From a virus: a stretch of 64,000 nt of DNA. Shown one piece after another: positions 20,587-30,308 of this stretch. Location of the stretch: the IMG/VR virus record IMGVR_UViG_3300035698_030167, positions 12,458-76,457 of that record. One strand, given 5' to 3'. Below the pieces are notes generated by a model. The model was not told the origin of the DNA. It worked only from the letters and a program-made list of their open reading frames with translations, and searched no databases. Positions within the stretch are counted from its first letter, which is position 1; each line of letters opens with the position of its first letter. Made by a program: the position numbers and the translations under genes.

Positions 20587-20651
20587 TTTTAATTTATTAT
20601 CCTTTATTATATTATCTCATAATTTTACTTTTTTGTCAATTTTTTATATCA

Positions 20652-22052
20652 CTAAGATGTATTTTCTTCTTCTTCTTTATATTTTTTATAACACTTGCTA
20701 CATAATAAATCTCCATCTGGAGTTTCATTTATTTCTTCATTTGGAAAAGCTTTGCCACAGTCATTACATAACGAATATACATATGAAAAACATTCTTCAC
20801 ATAAATCATTGTCATGCCATTCATCTTTATCTTTTATTTCTTCGCAACTACTACACACAAAAAAGAACTTATCAAAGCAGTAATGACAAAAACAACCATT
20901 ATTGGTAGGTATAACATTTTCTTTATAAAAAGATTCGCCGCATTGATCGCAAATTTCAAAATATTTAAAAAAACAATCTGAGCAATAATCATGACCATCG
21001 CATCCAGTAAAATAATCATCTTCGCGTATTGTTTCATAACAGCGATAGCACATTTTTCTATTAGTGGTATAATCATTTATTTCTTTTTCAGCTTTAACTA
21101 ATCTAGATAATCCATCATAGTATGAAATTGAAGTACTTTCAAAATAATCGCCTTGTTTATTACAAACATGCATTCCATTATCGCTAGAATATATTATTTT
21201 TAGCCCTTCTTCAAGATAACTACGATCTTGAAATATAAAACAACTTTCGCCGTGCTTATGAAATAATAAATTAACAGGATATTTAGAAATAAATTTAGAA
21301 TTGATTTGTTGAATGCTTAGCTTAGTATTTTCTTTTATTTCACGTGGTTTAATATATTTTACCGGATAAAATTTAATATAATTCATATTATTTTTTACAT
21401 CTAATAATACCCAACTTCTTGTTAAAATAGTTTCAACTTCAATTTCTTTATATTTTTTTTTTGTTCCATCTGTAATATATATCATTGCTCTATTTTTGTC
21501 TACGATAAGTCCAGGTAGTCCAGACCAATAACAACCACCAAAATTACTATCAACATTCAAGCAAGAAGTCCATTGTTCAGCAGTAGAACATAAAAACCAA
21601 TCTGCAAAGTTTAAGGAAAGCACAAAATATAGTTCTTTATTTGGAATTTTATAACTTCCTATTTTTTCCACACAAGCATTTAAATGAGTTTCACAGCATC
21701 CATTACAATGACAATCTATTGGAAGCAACTTTTTGTGCTCCATATAATAAGACTTTAGTAATTTAAATAATTTGTGTTCGTTTTTGCCAACTAAAATTTT
21801 ATTTTTTTTAAAATCTTTATATTGTATTTTATATTCTAAAATAAAATTAAAAAAATATTTCTTAAAATAAAGCCAACCTTTATCTACATTGCTAGATAAT
21901 GGTATTTTAACTTTATATCTAAGGTCTTTACCTATAATGTTTTTATATGCTTCATCTATATCTGGTTCAAATAAAAGTTTTTCAAATTTGTTTAAACTTG
22001 GACCATCAAGAGAAAAATAATTTTTAACAAGTTTAAATATTTTTTTTTGCAT
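20652..22052 (-). CDS. SLNFADWFLC/WSSCL family protein, copy C, with tandem CxxC C-terminus
   Basis: Conserved core plus many CxxC pairs. Confidence 0.75.
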   Translation of the reverse strand: MQKKIFKLVKNYFSLDGPSLNKFEKLLFEPDIDEAYKNIIGKDLRYKVKIPLSSNVDKGWLYFKKYFFNFILEYKIQYKDFKKNKILVGKNEHKLFKLLKSYYMEHKKLLPIDCHCNGCCETHLNACVEKIGSYKIPNKELYFVLSLNFADWFLCSTAEQWTSCLNVDSNFGGCYWSGLPGLIVDKNRAMIYITDGTKKKYKEIEVETILTRSWVLLDVKNNMNYIKFYPVKYIKPREIKENTKLSIQQINSKFISKYPVNLLFHKHGESCFIFQDRSYLEEGLKIIYSSDNGMHVCNKQGDYFESTSISYYDGLSRLVKAEKEINDYTTNRKMCYRCYETIREDDYFTGCDGHDYCSDCFFKYFEICDQCGESFYKENVIPTNNGCFCHYCFDKFFFVCSSCEEIKDKDEWHDNDLCEECFSYVYSLCNDCGKAFPNEEINETPDGDLLCSKCYKKYKEEEENTS

Positions 22053-22063
22053 TTATCTTTCTT

Positions 22064-23173
22064 TTATAGATCAAGTTTTAAGATATTTCTAATCTTCCAA
22101 GGAATCTGTTTTTCAATACAATCTACAATAATTTTTTCTCTAATACCACTATTAATCGACCTTAATGTTATTTCTTCAAATAACATTTCTAAAGTATCTT
22201 TAGTGATTATTTTTATTATTTTATCAAGATTAGGTTTTATTGGCAATATATTTTCTTTGATTAAAATAGACTTCCAATACGGTTCTGTTTGATCATCATT
22301 AGTATAATCAAGTATAAGTTTATAAGCTACATTAGCAGGACTTTGTTTATTAAAGACAGATGGCAATAATTTTATTTTTTTAATAAACTTTTTTGCCGTA
22401 ATTTTTGCTATTAATCGACTATCTATTAAATTATCACCTTTATATTCATCTTCAAGAATAGGACGAACTATTATACCAGCTATTAACTGATTCGCAAACG
22501 AAGAAAATTCTGAAAAACCATTTGCATAAGATTTTATCTTTTGTAAATTGAATTTACCAATATATAACTCTGGAGTAAAAGATAATTCTGATTTAATTAA
22601 AACACTTTTTGCATCTTCCCAATTCATCCAATTATCATTTAAAAAAATGTCATAAAATACTATTTTTTCTGTTTTTCCTGAACTCAAATAGCAAACTTCA
22701 TTTTCTGTTTTTTTGCTAACAATTTCCCCGAATAAAGTAAAAGGAACATGAAACAATTCTTTTGCAAGATTTATAAAGCAACTTTTATTTTTATTAAAAA
22801 TTTTATTAATTTCATAATATTTTTCATCAAATTTTAATAAACCACATTCAGAACCAATCCTAAAATCTAATCCGTTGTAATAAATTTTAAAAAATCTTCC
22901 ACTGACTTTTTCAAGAACTACAATATTTCTATTAAGAAAAGTTTTTTCTAAAATATCGTTTATTTCTTTTATTGCAGGATATATTTTTTCTTCATTTTGG
23001 CGATAAGAAAATGTTGTGCTTTCTTTTATAGAATTCATTTCTTGGTATTTGCCATTTGTATAAGTGTAAGTTTTTTTTAACATTTTTTTCCCTTTATTCG
23101 CCCAAAAATTTAAGAAGCTCCATATTAACGGTAATCCCATTATCAAGATGACCAACAATAATTCGCCCTTCAT
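22064..23173 (-). CDS. Rnl2-like RNA ligase homolog with a degenerate motif I
   Basis: EKVSG (instead of EKxDG), FGEI, FYDI, GIIVRP, AKITAKKF; N-terminal hydrophobic segment. Confidence 0.6.
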   Translation of the reverse strand: MKGELLLVILIMGLPLIWSFLNFWANKGKKMLKKTYTYTNGKYQEMNSIKESTTFSYRQNEEKIYPAIKEINDILEKTFLNRNIVVLEKVSGRFFKIYYNGLDFRIGSECGLLKFDEKYYEINKIFNKNKSCFINLAKELFHVPFTLFGEIVSKKTENEVCYLSSGKTEKIVFYDIFLNDNWMNWEDAKSVLIKSELSFTPELYIGKFNLQKIKSYANGFSEFSSFANQLIAGIIVRPILEDEYKGDNLIDSRLIAKITAKKFIKKIKLLPSVFNKQSPANVAYKLILDYTNDDQTEPYWKSILIKENILPIKPNLDKIIKIITKDTLEMLFEEITLRSINSGIREKIIVDCIEKQIPWKIRNILKLDL

Positions 23174-23303
23174 TAGCGGTTCCCACTTTTATTAGTTTGC
23201 CTTTAAACCCTCGATATTCTGCAGTTTTTCCCATAAGAGAAATGGCTTCTTCTTTATTCATAAGTAATTATAACATTTTTTTTATTTTTTGTAAAGGTTT
23301 TGA

Positions 23304-23375
23304 TGGACAGACTCGGAATCGAACCGAGATCAATGCGGTGCAAGCGCACTATAATGGCCGTTATACTATCCGCCC
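23304..23375 (-). tRNA. tRNA-Ala(TGC)
   Basis: Loop CT-TGC-AC; G3:U70 pair. Confidence 0.9.
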
Positions 23376-23377
23376 AA

Positions 23378-23448
23378 TGGCCCCTAAAAGAATTGAACTT
23401 TTACTTTCTGCTTGTAAAACAAATGTGCTTCCATTACACCAAAGGGCT
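23378..23448 (-). tRNA. tRNA-Val(TAC)
   Basis: Loop TT-TAC-AA; weak stems. Confidence 0.75.
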
Positions 23449-23454
23449 ATTTTT

Positions 23455-23527
23455 AGGAGCCTTGGGACTTGAACCCAAACATCACTGAGATATAAGCTCA
23501 GCAGCTTCACCAATTTGCTTAGACTCC
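23455..23527 (-). tRNA. tRNA-Ile(TAT)
   Basis: CTGAG/CTCAG stem, loop CT-TAT-AT. Confidence 0.85.
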
Positions 23528-23534
23528 AACGATT

Positions 23535-23608
23535 TGAGCCCAATAGGATTTGAACCTATGACTAACGCCTTAAAAGGGCGTTGCTCTACCAAGCTGAGCT
23601 ATGAGCCC
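23535..23608 (-). tRNA. tRNA-Lys(TTT)
   Basis: Loop CT-TTT-AA. Confidence 0.92.
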
Positions 23609-23666
23609 ATAAAACAAATGCCGCTATGTTGCGGCATTTTTACTTTTTCTACGCCAGGCAGATAAG

Positions 23667-24011
23667 CTATTCTTCTGCTGGTGCTTCAGGAAGTTTTGTA
23701 GAAACATCAATTTCTTTACCAAGACTTTCAGCAGTTCTTGGAATATCAATTGACAAAATTCCTTTTCTTAAAGAGGCAGAAAGCTCCTCAACGTCAAAAT
23801 CAGCCGGTACTATTACCTTTTCAGTAAAAGAATTTTTGACAAGACCAAGAACTTTATTCTTGTCTTTTGGTCTTCCTTTAATGACAATAACATTGTCGTC
23901 ATCTACCACTTTGGCTCTAACCTTGATTTCGCTGAGTTTAAAGCCGGGAACTACAACATTCACTCTCATTCGAGTATCAGTTTTAGTAGTCTTTAAAACA
24001 TTTTCATTCAT
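23667..24011 (-). CDS. Hsp20/alpha-crystallin small heat-shock protein
   Basis: VVPGFKLSEIKV, VIVPADFDVEELSASLRKGILSIDIP. Confidence 0.85.
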   Translation of the reverse strand: MNENVLKTTKTDTRMRVNVVVPGFKLSEIKVRAKVVDDDNVIVIKGRPKDKNKVLGLVKNSFTEKVIVPADFDVEELSASLRKGILSIDIPRTAESLGKEIDVSTKLPEAPAEE

Positions 24012-24104
24012 AATACATCACTCCTTTTTGTTTATTATATGAATTTTTTTTATATATTTATATTCTTTAAAAGTTTTTATAATTCTATACATAATATATC
24101 AAAG

Positions 24105-24368
24105 CTATGAATCTTCCACGAACTCTAAAAATTTTTCTAATCGAAATTTTAAATATCGAGATTCTTTAAATTCATCGCAATAGCCATATCTATTAATTGA
24201 CAACCTTCTTAGATTTTCTGTATGTTTTAGATGATTATATTTAAATTTAATACAAATTCCCCAATCTGAATTTTTATTTTTTATAAAATCACTATGCGCA
24301 CATATACCGCAACATTTCTTTATTGTGTATTTTATTGTACGAAGTTGCTTAAGTTTATTTTCATCCAT
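24105..24368 (-). CDS. Cys-rich hypothetical protein
   Basis: CCGIC, GYCDEF. Confidence 0.55.
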   Translation of the reverse strand: MDENKLKQLRTIKYTIKKCCGICAHSDFIKNKNSDWGICIKFKYNHLKHTENLRRLSINRYGYCDEFKESRYLKFRLEKFLEFVEDS

Positions 24369-24561
24369 TTATACAAAATAATCTTTACAGAACTTATCAA
24401 GTTCAATAGCTTTTGCTTTTACAAACTCTATATCATCACTACGAACTTTTATTGTCCAGTTATATCCTCTTGAATTTTTTACTGCTTCAAAAGAAAATAC
24501 TGGATCCTTTGAGATTATTGTTCCTTCTATTACTTTCTTTGCTTCTTCCATTTTTGCTCCT

Positions 24562-24960
24562 TTATTTAATAATATATCCTTTTTTTTCAGCTCTTTTTCT
24601 TCCATCCTGTATAGAGCAATCATTCAAGCTCCAAACATAATCCATATAATAATAATCAAATTTTTTCAGTTTCTTTTTTATTGGAATAAACCCTCCACAA
24701 CAAGAATATAAAGAAACTTTATTTCCAATTCCCTGAATTCTTGTATCTATAATATAGTAATAATCATCATCGTACTGATCTTTTGTCCAACCAAGAAGTC
24801 TTACTAATCTAAAATGATCTAACATAATTTCATTTCTATGCTTATTTACAAATTTTTGAATTAAATAGGCATTATCTCTTTTTAAGAGATTATCAATAAA
24901 TCCTTCTATTTTTCTTTTTGGTTGCTCAAAAAGTTTCCAATAAAATTCATGTTTTTTCAT
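24562..24960 (-). CDS. Hypothetical protein
   Basis: 132-aa ORF. Confidence 0.55.
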   Translation of the reverse strand: MKKHEFYWKLFEQPKRKIEGFIDNLLKRDNAYLIQKFVNKHRNEIMLDHFRLVRLLGWTKDQYDDDYYYIIDTRIQGIGNKVSLYSCCGGFIPIKKKLKKFDYYYMDYVWSLNDCSIQDGRKRAEKKGYIIK

Positions 24961-25149
24961 TTATTTACCCACGGTATACCATAAAAATACAAACCTAATC
25001 CTATAAAAAGGCTGGTTATTAGATGCATAATAAAACCAAGGACATTGTTCTCAAGACATCCCCACACGCATTTACTAAATGTTATCAATATACCAAAAAT
25101 TATTGCACCAATAATTGCTCTAATTATTTTCTTTTTTATCATTTTAATA

Positions 25150-25221
25150 CAGGTCCGCAAGGACTTGAACCCTGATCTTGCAGTTTTGGAAACTGTTATG
25201 CTACCATTACACCACAGACCC
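25150..25221 (-). tRNA. tRNA-Trp(CCA)
   Basis: Loop TT-CCA-AA. Confidence 0.88.
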
Positions 25222-25230
25222 ATTATATTA

Positions 25231-26247
25231 TTATTTTCTTTTTTTGTCAAGTTTTTTAAAACTATTTATCAACTCTTCTTTTATATCTCTCATTATGGCT
25301 TTACTAAATACATGTTTATCCTTTTTTTCTAGTTTGGAAAATTCATGCCCATTATCTTTTACAAAATCTTCCATTACATCTTTTATATAGTATTTCATAT
25401 AATTACCAAATAGATGCATATTATCAAGTCGTCCATATTTAGAAAATAAATCATGAGTTCTATTGTTATTTACGTAAGCAATGCCTAAATTAATCATATC
25501 CTGAACTTCTTTCTTTATTTTTATCGGTATTTTTTTCTTTTTAGGCTCATTATCTTTAAATTCAGGATTTTTCTTTTTTAAAAGAAAAAAGCTTTCTCCC
25601 ATTTTGTAGTTGTTCATAGGGCGAACAACAATACCCTCAATAAGATTTTTTTTAATCCCATAAGGAGTAAAAACGCTATTTTTGCGAATGTCTATACTAT
25701 CTAACATTTCCTCAAATGAAGAAAAATCTTTAATGTTTATAACGCCTAACACAGGAACTTTCAAATTCCATATATCAAAATTAGTTTCTTTAAAGGCGTA
25801 GTCTATAAATTCTTTTTGTTCGCCTATGGTATAGAAAAAAGTTTTTTCTTTAATAATTTCATAAATAGCAAACCAACGCCAGTGAACAGAATTGCCATAA
25901 TTTATTCTTTTTTGAATGCTTTGCCCAAAAAGCTCTCCAATAAATTGAACATTTATTTTATTTTTCTTGCAAAAAGAACTCATAATAGAAATAAAATCTT
26001 TTGTCTTTTCTTCTTTCATTGCTTCTTTATAGTTATAAAAACTATCTTCTGCAATACCACTTCTTTTTGAAAATTGTAAATGCCCGTCTTTGTGAAAAGT
26101 TATGCTAAAATTACTTCCATCAATTTTTTCTGTTATTTCGTATTTTTCATCAATAAGAAGATTTGGATATTGAGCAGTAAACTTTTCAATAAAATCAAAT
26201 CTATAAGAATTTTCTATTTCTTTCCATTTTTTAAACATCGAAATCAA
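25231..26247 (-). CDS. RNA ligase 2 (Rnl2) family
   Basis: TEKIDGSNF, GELFG, EGIVVRP, LKKKNPEF. Confidence 0.88.
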   Translation of the reverse strand: MISMFKKWKEIENSYRFDFIEKFTAQYPNLLIDEKYEITEKIDGSNFSITFHKDGHLQFSKRSGIAEDSFYNYKEAMKEEKTKDFISIMSSFCKKNKINVQFIGELFGQSIQKRINYGNSVHWRWFAIYEIIKEKTFFYTIGEQKEFIDYAFKETNFDIWNLKVPVLGVINIKDFSSFEEMLDSIDIRKNSVFTPYGIKKNLIEGIVVRPMNNYKMGESFFLLKKKNPEFKDNEPKKKKIPIKIKKEVQDMINLGIAYVNNNRTHDLFSKYGRLDNMHLFGNYMKYYIKDVMEDFVKDNGHEFSKLEKKDKHVFSKAIMRDIKEELINSFKKLDKKRK

Positions 26248-26482
26248 ACTCCATTTGCGAATTTATAAAAAATCTTGAGGTAAAAAATCCACTAGCTTCT
26301 GTAAACATATTAGTAAATCTTCTGTCTATAATTCTAAAATTACCATTTTCTTTATAAAGAACTTGAACTGTACCGCCTTTTAATTTTTCATTTAATTCTA
26401 ATAAACTTGGATACTCTGCATTTTTCTCATTAACATAAACATAATATGCTTTGCCTTTTTTTAGTTTCATTTTAAAACTCAA
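26231..26482 (-). CDS. Hypothetical protein ending QMEFDFDV; paralog of 26472-26711
   Basis: MKLKKGKAYYVYVNEK vs MKLKQGKNYYVYANEK. Confidence 0.65.
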   Translation of the reverse strand: MSFKMKLKKGKAYYVYVNEKNAEYPSLLELNEKLKGGTVQVLYKENGNFRIIDRRFTNMFTEASGFFTSRFFINSQMEFDFDV

Positions 26483-26711
26483 ACTCTAGTTGTATTGTTT
26501 GCCCTTTTATAATAAATCTAAATGTATAAAAACTTCCTTCAAAACATTCATAAATAGATAACCTTTGATCTATGATTTTTAAATAATGTCCATCATAATA
26601 AACCAATATTGGCTTATTTTTAAATTTTATAGCAACTTTCTTTAAAGAACGATTTATTATTTTTTTTTCATTAGCATAAACATAATAATTCTTTCCTTGT
26701 TTTAGTTTCAT
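26472..26711 (-). CDS. Hypothetical protein ending QLEFEF
   Basis: Directly downstream of a TTGACT-type promoter. Confidence 0.65.
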   Translation of the reverse strand: MKLKQGKNYYVYANEKKIINRSLKKVAIKFKNKPILVYYDGHYLKIIDQRLSIYECFEGSFYTFRFIIKGQTIQLEFEF

Positions 26712-26873
26712 ATTTTATTATACTCTTTTTTTTATTTTTAGTCAATAAAAAAACCCCCAGAAAGCTCTAGGGGCTATAACTAGTTTTGTGCTTTGGGTAA
26801 GATCTAGCAACTTGTTATCCCAAAGTCGTAGCGACTTAAGCCGCCATTAAAAAGTTGTCAGTTATTTTTATCT

Positions 26874-27059
26874 TTACTCTACTTCAACATATTCCATTAT
26901 TATTTGCAGTGCCTCGTCATATCCACCAGCATTAAAGACTTTATTTTTCATTTCTTCTGCTTCTTTTTTTAGCCCGATACTTACCAATGCTTTTTTTGCA
27001 ATGCCTAAAATATTAAATATATTTCCATTTTTACCAATAATTTTTGCTGTTGGTTTCAT
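26874..27059 (-). CDS. Conserved-looking small phage protein
   Basis: GKNGNIFNILG...YDEALQIIMEYVEV. Confidence 0.6.
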   Translation of the reverse strand: MKPTAKIIGKNGNIFNILGIAKKALVSIGLKKEAEEMKNKVFNAGGYDEALQIIMEYVEVE

Positions 27060-27304
27060 TATTTCTTCTTTTTTGTATTTTCTAACATGTTTTCTAACTC
27101 TGCCTCAAACATCATAAGTTCAACACTAGAAGCAGGCCGTATATGAACTTCTTTTCCCTCTTCAAGAGCAACCTCAACGAATCCCCAATCAAATCTTTCG
27201 CCATGTTCAGTATAGATTGAAGACATTACAGAACCAGACTTATTATAAAATTTATTACCAATAAAAATAAGTTTTACTTCTTCCATTTTTTCCCCCTTAA
27301 GCAT
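27059..27304 (-). CDS. Hypothetical protein
   Basis: ORF abutting neighbour. Confidence 0.55.
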   Translation of the reverse strand: MLKGEKMEEVKLIFIGNKFYNKSGSVMSSIYTEHGERFDWGFVEVALEEGKEVHIRPASSVELMMFEAELENMLENTKKKK

Positions 27305-27371
27305 CTAGCCGGAGTTGAACCGGCATCTACTGATTGGCAACCAGCTATAATAACCATTATAATATAGATGC
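27300..27371 (-). tRNA. tRNA-Gly(GCC)
   Basis: Loop TT-GCC-AA; U73. Confidence 0.88.
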
Positions 27372-27378
27372 AATAAAA

Positions 27379-27450
27379 AGCCAGCACCAGGAATCGAACC
27401 CGAATCAGAAGTATACAACGCTCCCGCTCTGCCAATTGAGCTATGCTGGC
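27379..27450 (-). tRNA. tRNA-Thr(TGT)
   Basis: Loop GT-TGT-AT; imperfect anticodon stem. Confidence 0.75.
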
Positions 27451-27644
27451 ATTACATACTTTATATTACATTTACGAGAACACTTACCAGTTTTTTTATA
27501 TTCATCGCTTTCCAAAAAATACTTTCCGCAAGTAGAGCATTGAATATACTTTTCTCTGCATAAACTTGAGCAATATCCATCAATGGTTTCTCTTCGCCAT
27601 GCAATATATTTTCCACAATTTCTACAACGAATATATTTTATCAT
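27441..27644 (-). CDS. Small Cys-rich (CxxC) protein
   Basis: CRNC, CSSLC, CSTC, CSRKC. Confidence 0.6.
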   Translation of the reverse strand: MIKYIRCRNCGKYIAWRRETIDGYCSSLCREKYIQCSTCGKYFLESDEYKKTGKCSRKCNIKYVMPA

Positions 27645-27646
27645 AT

Positions 27647-27731
27647 TACCAGTGAGAGGGGTCGAACCTCCATGGAATTTAATCCACTAGATCCTAAATC
27701 TAGCGCGTCTCGCCAATTTCGCCACACTGGC
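27647..27731 (-). tRNA. tRNA-Leu(TAG)
   Basis: Loop TT-TAG-GA; long variable arm. Confidence 0.92.
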
Positions 27732-27739
27732 ATGTAATT

Positions 27740-28069
27740 TTATTCTTCTATTCTAAGTATTTCATATTCCCTCCTGTCTTCGTAAAAAACAGAATATCCT
27801 GGATAATCATAAAAAGTTTCACGAACAATCATTGCTTTTTCGCAACTTACATTTACTTTCTCAAGTTCAAATCTTTTATATTCTAAGACAGAAACAACAC
27901 AACTATTTTTTGCTTTATTCTCCATCATTCCTGAAAAAATGGCTATTATAATAAAAAGTATAGAAACAACAAAAGCTGATACACTAAACTTATCAGAAAC
28001 CCAAAGTGATACAAATAAAATAATACAAGCAAGAGCAATAACTCCACTAATTACTAACAAAAATCCCAT
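27740..28069 (-). CDS. Membrane protein
   Basis: Two hydrophobic segments. Confidence 0.55.
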   Translation of the reverse strand: MGFLLVISGVIALACIILFVSLWVSDKFSVSAFVVSILFIIIAIFSGMMENKAKNSCVVSVLEYKRFELEKVNVSCEKAMIVRETFYDYPGYSVFYEDRREYEILRIEE

Positions 28070-28093
28070 ACAAATCCTCCTTTTTTTAATAGG

Positions 28094-28166
28094 GGTGTTT
28101 GGGGGAATCGAACCCTCGCCTTGACAGTCACAGTGTCATATGCTCACCAACTACACCACAAACACC
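28094..28166 (-). tRNA. tRNA-His(GTG) with encoded G-1
   Basis: Loop CT-GTG-AC; C73. Confidence 0.92.
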
Positions 28167-28172
28167 ATATTT

Positions 28173-28246
28173 TGGCGGGAAAGGGAATTGAACCCTTACG
28201 TATTTGCTTATGAGGCAAACCTTCTGCCAATTGAAAGTATCCCGCG
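28173..28246 (-). tRNA. tRNA-Met(CAT), initiator-like unpaired 1:72
   Basis: Loop CT-CAT-AA; C1:C72 mismatch; lacks the three G-C anticodon-stem pairs. Confidence 0.8.
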
Positions 28247-28252
28247 AAGTTT

Positions 28253-28325
28253 TAGGGAAGGCGAGACTCGAACTCGCGCCTACGTACTCCCAAAGTACGC
28301 CGTCTAGCCACTGACTCACTTCCCT
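28253..28325 (-). tRNA. tRNA-Pro(TGG)
   Basis: Loop TT-TGG-GA. Confidence 0.9.
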
Positions 28326-28364
28326 ATATTCTTATCTTTATTATATTATTTTATTTCATTTTTG

Positions 28365-29597
28365 TCAAACATTATATAGTTTTTTTAAATAGCTTATAAG
28401 TTCTTCATAGTGTTCTCCTAACTCTTCCCTTGAAGCTACATTTGTTTTCATAACTGATTTTGTAGGATAAGACTGAACAAAGTTAGTAAAATGTTTATCT
28501 ACAATCTCAGTATTGTAAGCGGCAGGATTATTATAAATGGGGCATCCTGGAAATGGAGTAAAAAGGGTAGCAATCCATTTATCAGGTTTTGCTTCTTCAA
28601 TAAATTGCTTTGTTTTTTCTATTGATTCCCATGTTTCGCCTGGCAATCCAGTCATAAGAAAAGCTTTTGCTCTAAGTCCAAAACTTTTGGCTAGTTTGAT
28701 AGCTCTTTTATGAACTTCAATCGTTTCTCTTTTATCTATTAACTTCAATACATTATTATCTCCACTTTCAACACCAAATCCTATTTCTTTACATCCGCTT
28801 GATACTAACAATCTACAAATCTCAGAGTCAAGTAAATCAGAGCGCGTTGAGCATCTATATTGAATATCTAAATTTTTTAGTTGTTCCGCCATTTTCCTAA
28901 ATCTTGGCTTATTGTTGATAAAGTTATCGTCAAGAAAGCGAAAATGTCTACAATTATATTTATCTATTATTTCCTTTATTTCTTTTATTACGTTTTCTAC
29001 ACTTCTAAATCTTACTGGCTGGGGTAAATTTGCGCAAAATGCGCATCTCCAAGGACATCCTCTACTAGTAATAATCGTAGTAGCAATAGGGCTATCATCT
29101 TTTCTAAAAATATATCCATCCCATAAATTTTTTGAAACTATTGCTTCATCATTCATTAAGTGTCTGGCGGGAAATGGTATTTTATCAACGTCCTTGTCAT
29201 TCTTTTTTACTAGATTAGAATTGACTATCCCGCGAACGCCATTATTTACAATATCTAAAATAACATCTTCGCCTTCACCAATAACAACTACATCAAAATG
29301 ATTTTTGACGCTTTCCGGAAGCCATGAAGCATGAGCACCTCCTATAATAGTTATTCCATCAACATTTTTAGAAACTTTTATTTCATTTTCAATTTGAGGA
29401 GTAGTAGCAGAAAAGCAATAAAAATCTGCTGATGGTATATTTTTGATAGTATTTTCATTTTTCCTCATGTCAAAAACACTAACTTCATGGCCGTTTTTTT
29501 CTAATACGGCGGCTATATAAAGCAAACCTAATGGAGGATACACCATAGGGTCAAAATCAAGTGCGTCTTTAGGAACTACTATAAGTATTTTTTTCAT
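28365..29597 (-). CDS. Cobalamin-binding radical SAM protein (class B methyltransferase-like)
   Basis: YPPLGLLYIAAVL, IIGGAHAS, TSRGCPWRCAFC, GVESG, FMTGLPGET. Confidence 0.9.
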   Translation of the reverse strand: MKKILIVVPKDALDFDPMVYPPLGLLYIAAVLEKNGHEVSVFDMRKNENTIKNIPSADFYCFSATTPQIENEIKVSKNVDGITIIGGAHASWLPESVKNHFDVVVIGEGEDVILDIVNNGVRGIVNSNLVKKNDKDVDKIPFPARHLMNDEAIVSKNLWDGYIFRKDDSPIATTIITSRGCPWRCAFCANLPQPVRFRSVENVIKEIKEIIDKYNCRHFRFLDDNFINNKPRFRKMAEQLKNLDIQYRCSTRSDLLDSEICRLLVSSGCKEIGFGVESGDNNVLKLIDKRETIEVHKRAIKLAKSFGLRAKAFLMTGLPGETWESIEKTKQFIEEAKPDKWIATLFTPFPGCPIYNNPAAYNTEIVDKHFTNFVQSYPTKSVMKTNVASREELGEHYEELISYLKKLYNV

Positions 29598-29812
29598 AGC
29601 AGTTTTTCATAAAGTCTGTTCATGTCAAAATTTAGTCCAGTTATTTTTATATTGTCTCCTTTATAGTCTTTCAATAATAATGCACTAAAATTTCCCATCA
29701 TTTTTTGCGGTTTACCAATAGGGTTAAATCCACTAAAAAAAGGCACTTCTTTTTTCATTTTTTTTATTAGAGCATCAATGTCTTTTTCTACGCGAAAAAC
29801 ATATAGTTTCAT
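29594..29812 (-). CDS. Hypothetical protein
   Basis: 72-aa ORF coupled to the radical SAM gene. Confidence 0.55.
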   Translation of the reverse strand: MKLYVFRVEKDIDALIKKMKKEVPFFSGFNPIGKPQKMMGNFSALLLKDYKGDNIKITGLNFDMNRLYEKLL

Positions 29813-29815
29813 ATC

Positions 29816-29887
29816 CGGCCTATAAGAGAATCGAACTCTTAGCCTTGGAGAGACAATCCAAAATGTTAGCCATTACACCAATAGACC
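29816..29887 (-). tRNA. tRNA-Asp(GTC)
   Basis: Loop TT-GTC-TC; G73. Confidence 0.85.
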
Positions 29888-29995
29888 ATTTTGCCAGGCT
29901 CAAACTGGCTCCGCGATATTTCCCACTCGCTTGATTGTTATTACTTATATTCCGCCTCGCATTAGATTTCATCTCTCGCTTAAGCGGTATAATTA

Positions 29996-30080
29996 CGGAA
30001 GCGGTAGGATTTGAACCCACGAAGCTTTCACCTTCTAGTTTTCAAAACTAGCGCCTTAAGCCAGACTCGGCCACGCTTCC
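29996..30080 (-). tRNA. tRNA-Ser(TGA)
   Basis: Loop TT-TGA-AA; long variable arm; G73. Confidence 0.92.
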
Positions 30081-30232
30081 ATTTTTCTCTTTCTCAACAT
30101 ATTCTTCTATAGTTTTTGCTATATATTGTTCTGCTGTAAGATTTATTTTCTTACCCTCTTTCTCAGCCATATCATATAGATCATGTTCTATTTTTACTTC
30201 TACTTCTACTTTTTTCATTATTCTATTTCCTT

Positions 30233-30303
30233 TACTCCTGCTCGGAATTGAACCGAGGTCTCCTGATAGAAAGTCAGATGTGCTACCTCTGCACCACAGG
30301 AGC
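30233..30303 (-). tRNA. tRNA-Glu(TTC)
   Basis: Loop CT-TTC-TA. Confidence 0.85.
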
Positions 30304-30308
30304 TAATT

